A stretch of DNA of 64,000 bases. Origin: an uncultured virus (IMG/VR IMGVR_UViG_3300032283_001024) (taxonomy: Duplodnaviria > Heunggongvirae > Uroviricota > Caudoviricetes). Position 1 is the stretch's first letter, and each line of letters starts with the position of its first letter. Below are positions 29,110 to 39,535 of the stretch, one piece after another. A model generated the notes under the pieces. That model did not search any database, was not told the origin of the DNA, and saw only the letters and a list, made by a program, of their open reading frames with translations. Location of the stretch: the IMG/VR virus record IMGVR_UViG_3300032283_001024; one strand, given 5' to 3'. Made by a program: the position numbers and the translations under genes.

Positions 29110-30214
29110 GCTTCATCCCCCGCGACATGCTGCAACGTCTGATCGACTCGCAGCTTCTTCAGAACTTTGCTCGTGGCACCGCGAACACTGTTCCTTTCCA
29201 ACTGGACATGATCAGCAAACAGCTCAGTGAGATGAACAACATCACTGCGCACAACACGCCTCACGTCAGTAATCACATTCACCAACCTCCGTACACTCCG
29301 GGTACGGAAATGCCTTCCATCCCCTCAATCCCAACAATTCCTACTATCGACATTCCTTCGATTCCTACTTACGACCACTACAACTACTGAAAATCATTCA
29401 GGTGTCTAACTTGAAAAAGTCCAACAAACTTTGGAAGTTTTTGTCCAGGTTTGAGAAGGTGATCCGCTTCATTAATGATGTGAGTTCCTTCCTGCTTCTG
29501 CTACTCTCCATGGAGATGGCATACAAGACAAAGAACTGGGCGCTGCTCAAACCTTGGCAAATCACTCAGATTGCCAACTTTGTCAAAAGGTTTCCTTTCC
29601 TCCTCAAGAACGTACAAGAGATCTTTGTGTTCGCCTAGAGGAATCCTTAAGAAAACCTAAAGGACAGCTACAAAAAACTTCACAAAAAAGGTAAACCAGC
29701 TGATCCTTGCTAGGATCTGATGCCCTAGCAAACCCTGTCGTGGCAATGGATTTCAAGTGCAGGACATGCTCATGTTCTGTACAGACTTGTGCCCTGCATA
29801 ATAAAATACCAGGGTGAAAGACATGGAAGAAACTGCCACGACAACCTACCGCCGACTCGCTTGGGCGGTCCTCAGCAAAGCAACAAATAGTAACAGTCAA
29901 GTGATCAAGATCACAGATCACGAAGACGCCGACCGTTCAGTCCTAGAAAATCCCAACGAGTTTTACAAGTCGGGACCCTTTCTGCTACCCTCCTAGAGTC
30001 AACAAACAACATCATGAACCTACCAGTCACTGCTTACGTCGTCATGATGCACCACCAGAAGGCCGGAACGTTTGCTCCTGCCTTTCCGTCTCTTGATGAA
30101 GCCGAAGAGTTCTCCAACGCCTTGCGAGCAGTGACTGATGGCATTGCTATCAGTGAACCAGTCCCCATCGTTCAGACGGTCACAAAGAGGATTTCAGAGG
30201 TAATCAGCGTCTGA
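29106..30214 (+). other. small hypothetical CDS (29106-29390, 29402-29638, 29814-29996, 30014-30214)
   Basis: co-oriented ORFs. Confidence 0.5.
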
Positions 30215-30249
30215 ATCAACTCTACTAAGTCCTTTCTCTGTCAACAATC

Positions 30250-30651
30250 ATGAACAATTCTCCTCTTGCCTACTTTGGGTCAATTGGCATTTCAGCCGTT
30301 GTCTTAATCGGAGCTGCGATGTTCGTTCTTCCCCAGTACGGCGTCTGGCAGCAAGGTCTTGAAGGCAAGGCTGAGCTACAGAAGGCAGACTTTACCAGGC
30401 AAGTGGCGGTTGTAGAAGCTCAAGCAAAACTTGATTCTGCAGCAAAGCTTGCCCAGGTTCGGATCCAGGAGGCAAAGGGGATTGCAGAAGCTAACCGAAT
30501 CATTGGTGAGTCTCTGCGTAACAACCCAGACTACCTGACCTTCCTGCAGATTGAGGCAATCAAGGAGGGGGCTGAGAAAGGTAACAAGACTTATTTTGTT
30601 GCCCCAAATCAAGCAGGAGTTCCCATCATTACGTCTTCTGCCAAGCCTTAA
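30250..30651 (+). CDS. membrane-anchored SPFH/band-7-like coiled-coil protein
   Basis: N-terminal TM helix; EAKGIAEANRIIGESL. Confidence 0.65.
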   Translation: MNNSPLAYFGSIGISAVVLIGAAMFVLPQYGVWQQGLEGKAELQKADFTRQVAVVEAQAKLDSAAKLAQVRIQEAKGIAEANRIIGESLRNNPDYLTFLQIEAIKEGAEKGNKTYFVAPNQAGVPIITSSAKP

Positions 30652-30690
30652 TAGCCAGCCCTAACTTTCCTAACAACAGGGTGTTATCCT

Positions 30691-30966
30691 ATGGGTAACA
30701 CCTTTTTTACTAGCATGGCTATTGTAGTTTCAGTCTCTGTACCAGACGCTCTCCACCAGCAGTGGAAAGATTCGAACCTGGACCTCAGTCCTTCCAAGCT
30801 GTTCCAAACTGCTCTAGAGAGCGAGCTGAACAAAACCAATCGTCACCTTGTCTACTGGAGCGAGCGGGCACTGAACGCAGAGAAAAAGCTGAAAACTATC
30901 TCAAATCTAATCAACGCATCAGACAAAGAGATTAAAAAATTCATGCTAATTGATAACTTGGATTAA
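30691..30966 (+). CDS. ribbon-helix-helix-like DNA-binding protein
   Basis: VSVSVPDALHQQWK...SPSKLFQTALE. Confidence 0.5.
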   Translation: MGNTFFTSMAIVVSVSVPDALHQQWKDSNLDLSPSKLFQTALESELNKTNRHLVYWSERALNAEKKLKTISNLINASDKEIKKFMLIDNLD

Positions 30967-31249
30967 ATTTTCTCTCCTTTTATGTGCAGCCACCGCCAGG
31001 TAAGAATATATAGATAGAACTATACATATCAATACTTATAAACAGATACCAATAACAAATAAAAAGCGGCAAGGGTGTCGCATAAGCATGAAAATGGGTC
31101 AGGTAACCAGCCCGACCCACAAGTCGCCATTTGCACACACAGAGGAACACCTGTCCTCTGTTGCACTTTAGCTCTTTTCTGCTAAGATCCGCAAGCAATC
31201 GGACCGACGCGTCCGAAGCACGCCTCAAAACCACCAGCACTCACTTCCA

Positions 31250-31693
31250 ATGTCCATCTTCAGTTTTCAGTCTGTTCAAACATTGAAGCTGTCTGTAGAA
31301 GATAATCCGAACATTGAAATCAAGGAAGATCATCTTTACTTGTCAGCACAAAGAGGTGGAGAATCGATCCTTATTTCAGTTCCAGCAGAAGCAATCCTGC
31401 CTATCACAAGCAGGATTCAGCATACACGTGTAAAAACCCCCTCCAAAGAAGCTGTTAGGAAGGTAGGAAACGTGACAGGTGCGCACTATTCTGTGGGTAG
31501 TGATAACAAGATGGCAAAATTGAACGAAGAAAATGTGCGCGACATTCGTACACTTCTTGGAGATAAGTCTTTTATTAGTAGCTACAAGAATGTCACTCAA
31601 ATGTACAAAGATATTGCTAAAAGTTATAACGTAAGTCCTTGGGCAATTAAAAACGTCCATGAAAACCTAAGCTGGAAGCATGTAAAGATTTGA
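31250..31693 (+). CDS. HTH-type DNA-binding protein
   Basis: AKLNEENVRDIR...IAKSYNVSPWAIKNV..SWKHV, typical of HNH-associated C-terminal domains. Confidence 0.6.
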   Translation: MSIFSFQSVQTLKLSVEDNPNIEIKEDHLYLSAQRGGESILISVPAEAILPITSRIQHTRVKTPSKEAVRKVGNVTGAHYSVGSDNKMAKLNEENVRDIRTLLGDKSFISSYKNVTQMYKDIAKSYNVSPWAIKNVHENLSWKHVKI

Positions 31694-32082
31694 GTGCGGT
31701 TATGACAGCCAGTAACTTAGGTGAACTTATGAACACTTACGAGGTTTGTGTTGCTCTTGGTGACGGTAAGCCAATTAGGCGTACTATTCAGGCTTCTACA
31801 GGATTAATGGCTACTGTGCAGGCATTTAACCTGCACCCTACTGCCAGAGTTGTTCATCTTCTCAGAAGAAAGAACAAAGTCAAAACTACCTTAATTGAGG
31901 AGCCAAAAAAAGTTACTCTTAGTTTTGGTGATCCTCCAGGTAAAAGCACAACTCGAGACTTGCTTCTGCCTGAGGCTGTGCGTCTTCGGGTTAAAGGTTG
32001 GTCTTACTCTCTTATTGCAAAAGAACTGGGAATCGGAAAGACTACAGTTCGCACATGGCTAACAACAGCAAGCATCTACTGA
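31690..32082 (+). CDS. protein with C-terminal HTH
   Basis: GWSYSLIAKELGIGKTTVRTWL. Confidence 0.65.
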   Translation: MSAVMTASNLGELMNTYEVCVALGDGKPIRRTIQASTGLMATVQAFNLHPTARVVHLLRRKNKVKTTLIEEPKKVTLSFGDPPGKSTTRDLLLPEAVRLRVKGWSYSLIAKELGIGKTTVRTWLTTASIY

Positions 32083-32090
32083 GCATCACC

Positions 32091-32893
32091 ATGGAACCAA
32101 TTTTTGAGCAAGACGGTTTACTTGTTTCTCTTGACGAAGAAAAAAGAGAACTTTTGTTTGAGTGGGACGAAGAAATGTATCCTACTTGGAATACTTTCTT
32201 CAAAGAGAAAACACAAAAAGATTTAGAGTTATGGGTTCAAAAAGAACTTGACAAAATTCAACTTAAGTATGGATCTTTGAAAGAGAGTTTGTAAGTGGCT
32301 GAAAAAAAAGCCAAAGCGCTGCTAGCGTCTGTGCTAACAGTAGCTTCTTTGATTATTGGTTTTTGGGGGTTCAACATAACGTCTTGGATCATCGCTTTAG
32401 TTCTAGCTTCTCTTGCAATTAAACACTTGTCACAAAAACCTGTTACAGCCGGTGGCACATTTACAGGCTACAAACAACCTCGTGCAGACAGATTTCGAGT
32501 TGGCGATCTGTGGGTCGGACCGGAAGGTCGGACCTATAAAGTCAGGAGGGGTGTAGGTGAAAAGCTTGTGAGCCTGTATCCACTAACTTACAACATTCCT
32601 ATTCACCTAAAAGAAGATTCAGTCAAACATTTTCGTAGAATTAAGTGGGGTGGACAACCCTAGAAACTAACGTGAAAATCATTACAATGCCTTCCAGTGA
32701 AAAAAAACCCGGATGGGGACTAGCAGTTATTGACTTTAGAAAAAAGGAAAACGGCACTGAGGAGGCGTTGATTCTTCCTGCAGAACACGAAGCACCTTTT
32801 TGGACTGATTTACACAAAGTAGATCAGTACAAAGGGAGGTTCATTTATGAACCAAAGAGCACTAAAACCCCACAAGATGAGAACATTTGTTGA
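32091..32893 (+). other. three small hypothetical CDS (32091-32294, 32295-32663 membrane, ~32672-32893)
   Basis: co-oriented ORFs. Confidence 0.5.
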
Positions 32894-33650
32894 CATGGCA
32901 TTAAATGAAACACTGGCTGAGATCTCAGATCCTGAAACAAGATTCAGAGTTGCAAGAGGATTTGCAACACCTAACCCACAGCAAGCTGTGTGGTGGGGCA
33001 TGCACCAAGATTATTCAGAAAATTTTATTGCTGACGAGATCGCTCCAGCAGAGGAGAAAGCTGGCGAAATCTGTGTAAAGCGTTTGCTTGCGGGTGAAAG
33101 GGGTCACTACGGTCCTTTGGAACATCCTCAAATTACGTTTGGTGTGGGAAATTTTCCTCACGATGTGATGCAGCAGGCACGAACTCATCGCGTGGGTACC
33201 AGCTTTGACGTTCAATCAGGTCGTTACACAGGACAAAGAATCATCGATGTTTCGATTGGCAAACGTGAAGTAGAAGATGTGTTTTTCTTTCGTCCTGTAG
33301 GTAGGTATGCAGACAGAGAAGGAGGAAAGTACGAGTATACAAAAGTAAATCAGATTTCTGATATTGGTTACTGCTATGAAGCTGCCTGCAGGTACGCAGC
33401 AGCAGTAAAAGCAGGCAGAGCTGAAGAGCACTCTAGGCAGCAGATTCCTTACGGAATTCGCCAGCATTATGTAGTAAGTTTTAACTTGCGGTCTGCGTTG
33501 CACTTTATGGACCTACGTGCTAAAAAGGATGCACAGTGGGAAATCCAGCAACTATGTGAGTTGATGTGGCCTTTGCTTAAAGCTTGGGCTCCGGAAATTT
33601 GTTTTTGGTATCAACAGTCTCGTTTACACAAAGCACGTCTTTCCCCATGA
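32877..33650 (+). CDS. thyX: flavin-dependent thymidylate synthase
   Basis: GHYGPLEH, QARTHRVGTSFDVQSGRY, NLRSALHFMDLR..KDAQWEI. Confidence 0.93.
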   Translation: MRTFVDMALNETLAEISDPETRFRVARGFATPNPQQAVWWGMHQDYSENFIADEIAPAEEKAGEICVKRLLAGERGHYGPLEHPQITFGVGNFPHDVMQQARTHRVGTSFDVQSGRYTGQRIIDVSIGKREVEDVFFFRPVGRYADREGGKYEYTKVNQISDIGYCYEAACRYAAAVKAGRAEEHSRQQIPYGIRQHYVVSFNLRSALHFMDLRAKKDAQWEIQQLCELMWPLLKAWAPEICFWYQQSRLHKARLSP

Positions 33651-33859
33651 GTAGCGACAACACCTACGCTGTACTGTTAGCGTTAGTTCTTACAGCATTA
33701 GCACCAGTGCGTGCAGCTGAGGTTGAAAAGGAAAAGCCCACCTCTTGTTTTATCGGTCCAGCGCCAGTTGGGTCTTGGTTTAAAAAAGGAGCACGGATTT
33801 TCACTTGCAACCCTGTTTTGCAACCTAAAATTGAAGGAACAAAAAATGACCAACCCTGA
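33647..33859 (+). CDS. small signal-peptide protein with Cys pair
   Basis: hydrophobic leader ending VRA; C..GPA....FTC.P. Confidence 0.55.
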   Translation: MSSDNTYAVLLALVLTALAPVRAAEVEKEKPTSCFIGPAPVGSWFKKGARIFTCNPVLQPKIEGTKNDQP

Positions 33860-35578
33860 AACCCTGGCCTGGCTCCACCATTCCGCCGCCGTTCATGGCT
33901 CTGCATATTCCCAGGTGCTGTTGAACCTGCTGGAACGGGTCGAGGCGCTGGAGGCTGCTGAGAACTTGTGCCAGAAGGACGAAGACGCCGAACTGGCTGC
34001 CCCCACCCCCGAGGCTGCCACGGTGGCCACGGATGACGAGCTGTATCAGGTCGCCTACAGCATGCCTTTGTCTACTGAACAGGGGCGGCGTAGGCGCTGC
34101 TACGAACTGGGCCGCCAGCATGGTGCCGCCCAGTCCCCAGCAGCCCAGCCTGGCTGCATTGTTCGGGGATCAGACGCCGTAGTTACGGCTGAACTTGAAA
34201 AAATGGTTGAACTTGAAAAAGCAGCCGAAGCCCAGCCCGCCCAGCCCGCCCCGCCTGCCGGGGGGTTGGTGGAGAGGGTGGAGGCCGTTATTCGTCCCAG
34301 TATTCCTAGCGACGTTTACCGATACGAGGCCCGCGCCGCGATTCGTGAGGTGGCAGCGTGGTTCGACGCCAAGGGGCAGCACGGCTGCTCGCTGTGGCTG
34401 TTTGAGGAGGCCGACCAATGAGCACCCCCGACACCATTTTTCTTTGCGTTTTGGTTATTTGCCTGTCCTACGTCTTTACAAAACCATGACCACCCCCCTA
34501 AGACTCGCCGTGCTAGTTGCCCTGGCACTTATTCCGCTGCCTGCGCTAGCCCAATCCGTTGACTCTGAACAACATCAGAACGATCCGCCCCGCTGCACAC
34601 TCGGCCCAGCAGGGCCAGAGTTTCCGGAAGGAACGATGATGTTCACCTGCAGGCCATGCCGGGCCGGGGATGGCCAGCCATGACTGACCCCGACTTCCGC
34701 GCCCTTTGCGCTGAACTGTTGCAGCCGCTGGCTGAATACGACGGTGCCCATCCGTATCACGAGCACCGCGCTCTGATAACCCGCGCCCGCGCCGTCCTTG
34801 CCCGCTGGGGCCACCCCGCCACCCCACCAGCGCCCGAGCCGGGGGAGGTGGCGGAGTTGGTGGATTTGCTGCAGTGCGAGGCCAGGTGGAAAGAGGAGGT
34901 CTATGGCAACTGCGCCGTGATCACACCTGCAGAGCTTCGCCGCGTCGCCACCCTGCTCCAGCAGCTATCCGCGCCCGCCCCGGTGTTGATGCCGGTGCCA
35001 GTGAGTGAGCGGCTGCCGAAATATGGGGATTGCGATGCGGAGGGGAGGTGCTGGTGGTTCACGCCCCCCGCCTGCGGACCCCACAAGATTCGCCCGGGCT
35101 GGACCCTCGACTCGGAAGTGCTGGAAGGGGACAGCCACTGGCTCCCCGCCAGCGCCATTCCGCTGCCTAAGGCCGGGGAGGTGGAGGCATGACCACCCCC
35201 GACTTCCGCGCCCTGTGCGCTGAGCTGACAGACCGCCTTCAACACGCCATTACATCCGTGAATGCCGACTCCTATTACGGAGAGAACCGTGACGCTGTGG
35301 ACCGCGCCCGCGCCGCCCTGGCCGAGGCTTATGCTGCCGAAGCCAACAATCCACCGGAGGCGGCGGTGGTGCCAGTGGCGGTGAGTGAGCGGCTGCCGGG
35401 GGAGGGGGATTGCGATGCGGAGGGAAGGTGCTGGATCCATCAACCTCACCCCGCAACGCCTGAAACCCCTGAATGGCGACTGGCTCAAGCGAAGTACGCA
35501 AGCGTCAACTACGGCACAACGCATTGGGCCGCCGCCCACGCCATCCCGCTGCCCCAGGCCGGGGAGGTGGAGGGATGA
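33846..35578 (+). other. GC-rich modular paralog cluster (33846-34421, 34486-34683, 34680-35192, 35189-35578)
   Basis: repeated peptide blocks PDFRALCAEL and VSERLP..DCDAEGRCW..HW....IPLP; GGAGG SD and ATGA coupling. Confidence 0.7.
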
Positions 35579-36090
35579 GCGCTCCCCTGGACATCGTGAT
35601 TCGACCCCTGAATCAAGAAAACCTCTGCGCAGCGCAACGGTTGGTCGATGCAACTTTTCCCCACTACCCGTGGATGAACCGAAGGCTTTTCTTCTCTGTT
35701 TCTGATCCACAATTTCTTTATCGCTGGGCACTCTCAGTCGGTTGGCAAATCACTTCTTTGAGTGACTGGGTAGCTTTGGATGCTGATAATCGGGTTGTCG
35801 GGACTGTGGGAGTTTATACATACCGCAAAGATAACAACGAAGCCTGCTGGCTTTCCTGGTTCTGCGTCGATTCAAGCTTTCGTGGGAATGGTATTGGGAA
35901 AAAACTGCTTCAGTTTGCAATTCAACTAGCCCGTCAGGCCGGGAAAAAATATCTGCGCCTTTACACTTCTACACATCCATCCGAAGCAAACGCTCATGCC
36001 CTGTACTACAAGAAATTATTTAAGATCACAGGAAAGGAGTCAGAGCGCATCTATTTAGAGCTAGACCTATCGAAGGAGGTGCAACCATGA
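35575..36090 (+). CDS. GNAT-family N-acetyltransferase
   Basis: WFCVDSSFRGNGIGKKLL acetyl-CoA motif; NAHALYYKKLF. Confidence 0.85.
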   Translation: MSAPLDIVIRPLNQENLCAAQRLVDATFPHYPWMNRRLFFSVSDPQFLYRWALSVGWQITSLSDWVALDADNRVVGTVGVYTYRKDNNEACWLSWFCVDSSFRGNGIGKKLLQFAIQLARQAGKKYLRLYTSTHPSEANAHALYYKKLFKITGKESERIYLELDLSKEVQP

Positions 36091-36344
36091 CCACCCCCCT
36101 CTCCCCCGCTGCTGCTGCGGTGCTGGATGCCACAAGGCGAGAAATGGACTACGCCCCGCGCCGCCACCTTCGGTGGGCCGCCGCCGCCGCCCTGCGGGCT
36201 GCTGCGGATCAGGTCGTGCCAAACGAAGAACATCCTGGGCAATCTCAATTTTGGGATGCTGAGGCGGACCGGGAGTGGCAAAACAGTCAACACTTCCGTC
36301 GCCAACTCCTCGCCATCGCCGCCGAACTGGAGGGTTCCCTATAA
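36087..36344 (+). CDS. hypothetical protein, paralog of 26812-27072
   Basis: LSPAA...LRAAADQVVP...RRQLLAIAAELEG. Confidence 0.7.
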   Translation: MTTPLSPAAAAVLDATRREMDYAPRRHLRWAAAAALRAAADQVVPNEEHPGQSQFWDAEADREWQNSQHFRRQLLAIAAELEGSL

Positions 36345-36597
36345 AGTCAACTCCTCGCCATCGCCGCAGAAAGGCGGCCATCTCCGCGTTCTCGCGGCGC
36401 AGGAACTGCGAGAAATTTGCCTGCGCGCAGCCTCTTCCATGCAAGAAGTCCGCCATTATGGACATTCGCTCTGAAGAATGTCCATAATGGCGAAATGCCA
36501 AGCAAACCCCTGGTCGTCTTCCCGCAGGAGCAAAGGCTGCTTTCCCAGTTGGGCGACCAACTTGAAGACTAATAGACAACAAATCAACAGCGGTTAA

Positions 36598-36918
36598 ATG
36601 AAAAAACTAACAGAAGCTGACGTTCGACTTATTCTTACGACAGACAAATCTCTTCGCGTTCTTTCTCGACAGTTAGGAAAGTCAAAGCAAACCATCTCTC
36701 AGGTTCGTTTAGGGTTGACCCACAAGTCATTAGCACCTGATTTACCTCGTCGTGCAGCATCGAAATCTTGTCTTTGCTGCAAGTATTGGCGCGGAGGACT
36801 GGATCCTTGTTCACAAGGCTTACCTGACCCAATTGATGAGGGTCCTAGCTTCGCATCTGATTGCGATTTTTACGAACTAAAAGCCAAAATCACCGCTTCT
36901 TTTGCAAAGAAAAAATGA
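36598..36918 (+). CDS. HTH plus Cys-rich protein
   Basis: KLTEADVRLI..SLRVLSRQLGKSKQTISQV; C..C...C...C. Confidence 0.6.
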   Translation: MKKLTEADVRLILTTDKSLRVLSRQLGKSKQTISQVRLGLTHKSLAPDLPRRAASKSCLCCKYWRGGLDPCSQGLPDPIDEGPSFASDCDFYELKAKITASFAKKK

Positions 36919-37970
36919 CTAGGGGGTTTTTAGCTCCAGTGGCAACCAAGACTAAAAAGTTTTGGTTAGCTGCATTTACCCAAGACAACGAAGACGAGCC
37001 GTGTTCAATTGTTCGCGTTGAACTCCCAAGAAAATCAACTGAGTCAGCGCTTAAACTTGCAGTAAAAGCTGCCAAAAAATGGATGGATTCAGTTGATTCG
37101 GTTTGGGAAATTTTGATTCACGACGGACCTACGGAGGTGCCTGCCACAGGCAGTGCAATTCTTGCAAGATTAAGCCGTGAACAGTTTACAGAATCAATGG
37201 AGTTGACTGATGATTGACAACACAAAACAAACCGAATTAAACGCAGCCCGCTATCTGTGGATCAAAGCTCAAAAGTCTTTGCGTTTGGAAACAGATGGAC
37301 TTTTATGGTTTAGAGAAAATCAAGAAAAGTACTATCCGTCGCACAGACTTTCTGTACGCGGTACGGGGTTCCATGGAGTAGAGCACTTGGATGATCTGAT
37401 TGACCAAGCAATGGAAATGTCTAGAGATTCGTGAAGGAGATGTGTTTGTATTTGACGCCAACAAAGATCACGCTTGGTTGTCAAATAATATGTGTTTACT
37501 TACACAAGTTACTGTTAAAAAAACCAGAAAAGTAAAACAATGAGACTTTCTGAAGGAACGACAAAACGAATTCACGTTAACCAGCACAACTTGAGGCAAC
37601 GTGTTGCAAAAACAGGAGACTCACCTTGTTACACAATTAAACACAAAAATAAAACTTACTGGGCAAACGAAGTATTGATTGAGGGTCCCTCCAGGTTGGT
37701 AGAACGTGTCGACAACCCTCTTTCTTGTGGTGCTAGGCTCTGGGTTGAGACTGAATCAGCTGTGGTTTTTGATCTTGATTGCAAAACACAATGAAACTAC
37801 TTCCTAACGATTACACAAGATGTAACGGAACTTTTGATGACGCAGAGGTTTGTAAGTTCAGTGTAAGCTGTGCTCGCTATCTCGACATACGACACGACTG
37901 TTCAAGAGTTGCTGTGCTCATGAACAAAAAAGACGATCAATGTACCTATTACATTCACTGCGTATGGTAG
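36915..37970 (+). other. small hypothetical CDS (36915-37217, 37210-37434, 37540-37794, 37791-37970)
   Basis: 37540 ORF has the KRIHVNQH...PLSCGARLWVET phage pattern. Confidence 0.55.
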
Positions 37971-38124
37971 CAAATACGCTCCGTAATTACATTGTATTTA
38001 CTTCGAAGGGCAGCATCAACATAATAGCTTTCAATCAAACTGCTGCTGTCATCTCTGCTCTAGAGCTTACAGGTCCGGGGTCAAAAGTGTTACGGTGCGT
38101 GCAGCAAGGAGATTGGTAGCAAAG

Positions 38125-38235
38125 GTGTGGGGAAGGGCTGCAAACCAACTCGCAGCCCTCAACAATGTCGCTCCAGGAAACAGCAAAAATTGGAGCGCCC
38201 CGATTTGGGCCTGCCGCTGTTCTTCTTCGGCCCAC
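38125..38235 (-). ncRNA. candidate structured small RNA with kissing loops
   Basis: TATAAT at 38244-38239 just upstream; three hairpins; loop1 GAACAGCGG complementary to loop2 UUGCUGUUU. Confidence 0.55.
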
Positions 38236-38278
38236 TTGATTATAGTACAATTTGACTAGTGTCAGGCGTGGATCTGCG

Positions 38279-38545
38279 ATGAGCTACTTAACTCCGCTGG
38301 AAAACCCTAACAAATGGCTAGTTGCTGTCATGCTCGATCTTCTTGAACAAGATACAAAATCTTCCAAAGAAGCCTTGGAGTACTGCATTAGAACCCTTGT
38401 TACTAATGTAGATCCAGGATTGATTGAACAAGCGTTTGGAGATCTGATATTTGATTACGAAGATCTTTTGGGTGAACAAGAAAACAATCAAAATAGTTCT
38501 GACCAAGGGTGTTTGCCTCTAGGTCTAGAGGACGTTGAGGAATAA
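38279..38545 (+). CDS. hypothetical acidic protein
   Basis: ATG 38279. Confidence 0.55.
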   Translation: MSYLTPLENPNKWLVAVMLDLLEQDTKSSKEALEYCIRTLVTNVDPGLIEQAFGDLIFDYEDLLGEQENNQNSSDQGCLPLGLEDVEE

Positions 38546-38999
38546 TGTCAAAGTCCTCTCTGATCGGGTCGTTATGGTAGGGAGGACGATACCAATAGAA
38601 CATCTTTTTTTCTGCGTCAACCGCCCACTCTGGGTGGTATTTGTGCCAACGTGACCAAGCGCGAAATTGTTGCTCGGGGTTACCTGAAGTGCAATCAAGC
38701 ACAATTCCGTCACCCGGCTCAATATTCCAACGAATCCTTAAGACTTCCTTAAATCCTCTTACAATCGTCTTCATGCCGGAGGTTCCCATCATTTGGTTGG
38801 CCATGGATCGCCTACGCTTGTTCAGGCGGTTGTTGTACCAGTCATTCAACTGCCGCCTCGACCTGCCCACCGCAAAGCCGACGTTCCAGAGCCAGTAGCC
38901 TGGGGTGTGTTCATACCAGGGCTCAAGAAAAACTTTACAGACCTGGCCGTTGACTTTGAATGTAGTTGATGTAGTGTGGCGGCACGTTCGACGGCTCAT
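38403..38999 (-). CDS. hypothetical Trp/Arg-rich protein
   Basis: 198-aa ORF on the opposite strand, 3' end overlaps a convergent gene. Confidence 0.55.
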   Translation of the reverse strand: MSRRTCRHTTSTTFKVNGQVCKVFLEPWYEHTPGYWLWNVGFAVGRSRRQLNDWYNNRLNKRRRSMANQMMGTSGMKTIVRGFKEVLRIRWNIEPGDGIVLDCTSGNPEQQFRAWSRWHKYHPEWAVDAEKKMFYWYRPPYHNDPIREDFDIIPQRPLDLEANTLGQNYFDCFLVHPKDLRNQISDLQTLVQSILDLH

Positions 39000-39001
39000 G
39001 G

Positions 39002-39535
39002 ATGGAAGACCTTATTTTGCTTATTCAACAAGACCCTGATTTGTGGGAGATTGTTGAACAACTGAAGCACCCTGACGAGGATCTCAGTGATTTCATCTTA
39101 AGCGTAGCGCAGATGCTGAGCGTAGAGTTTGAGATTCTGCACAGGGGCGATCTAAGCGAAAAACTGTCTGCGTTGTTTGGTGGGCTGCCTGCTACTGCAT
39201 TTAAAATGGCGCCCATTATGCTTCACATTGCCTTGGATCTGTTTTTGCTTCGCGCAATCCCTAACAAGGAAGCACTGGAGAATTGAACCATGCAAAGTGG
39301 ATATTGTCTGTGCTCCAGTGATCTAAAAAACGTTCTGTGCTTGGACACAGAACAGGAAGGTTTTTACCTTTCTCCGGTGAATAATACCAGGATTTTGAAT
39401 CATGCTTTGTGTTTGTCTGACATCACAGAAGGTAAGAATATATTGAGGCGCCTAATTGTTTCAGGCTGTTGTGAAGAGGATTGCACTGAACTGGAAGTGC
39501 ACAATGTTGCCCGGTTGTATAACAAATTTTTCTAA
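39002..39535 (+). other. two small CDS upstream of the polymerase (39002-39286, 39290-39535)
   Basis: TAATG coupling to the polymerase. Confidence 0.6.

Noticed and set aside
33846..36375. Diversity-generating retroelement template/variable repeats
   Set aside because: No reverse transcriptase in the window and the differences are not adenine-specific.
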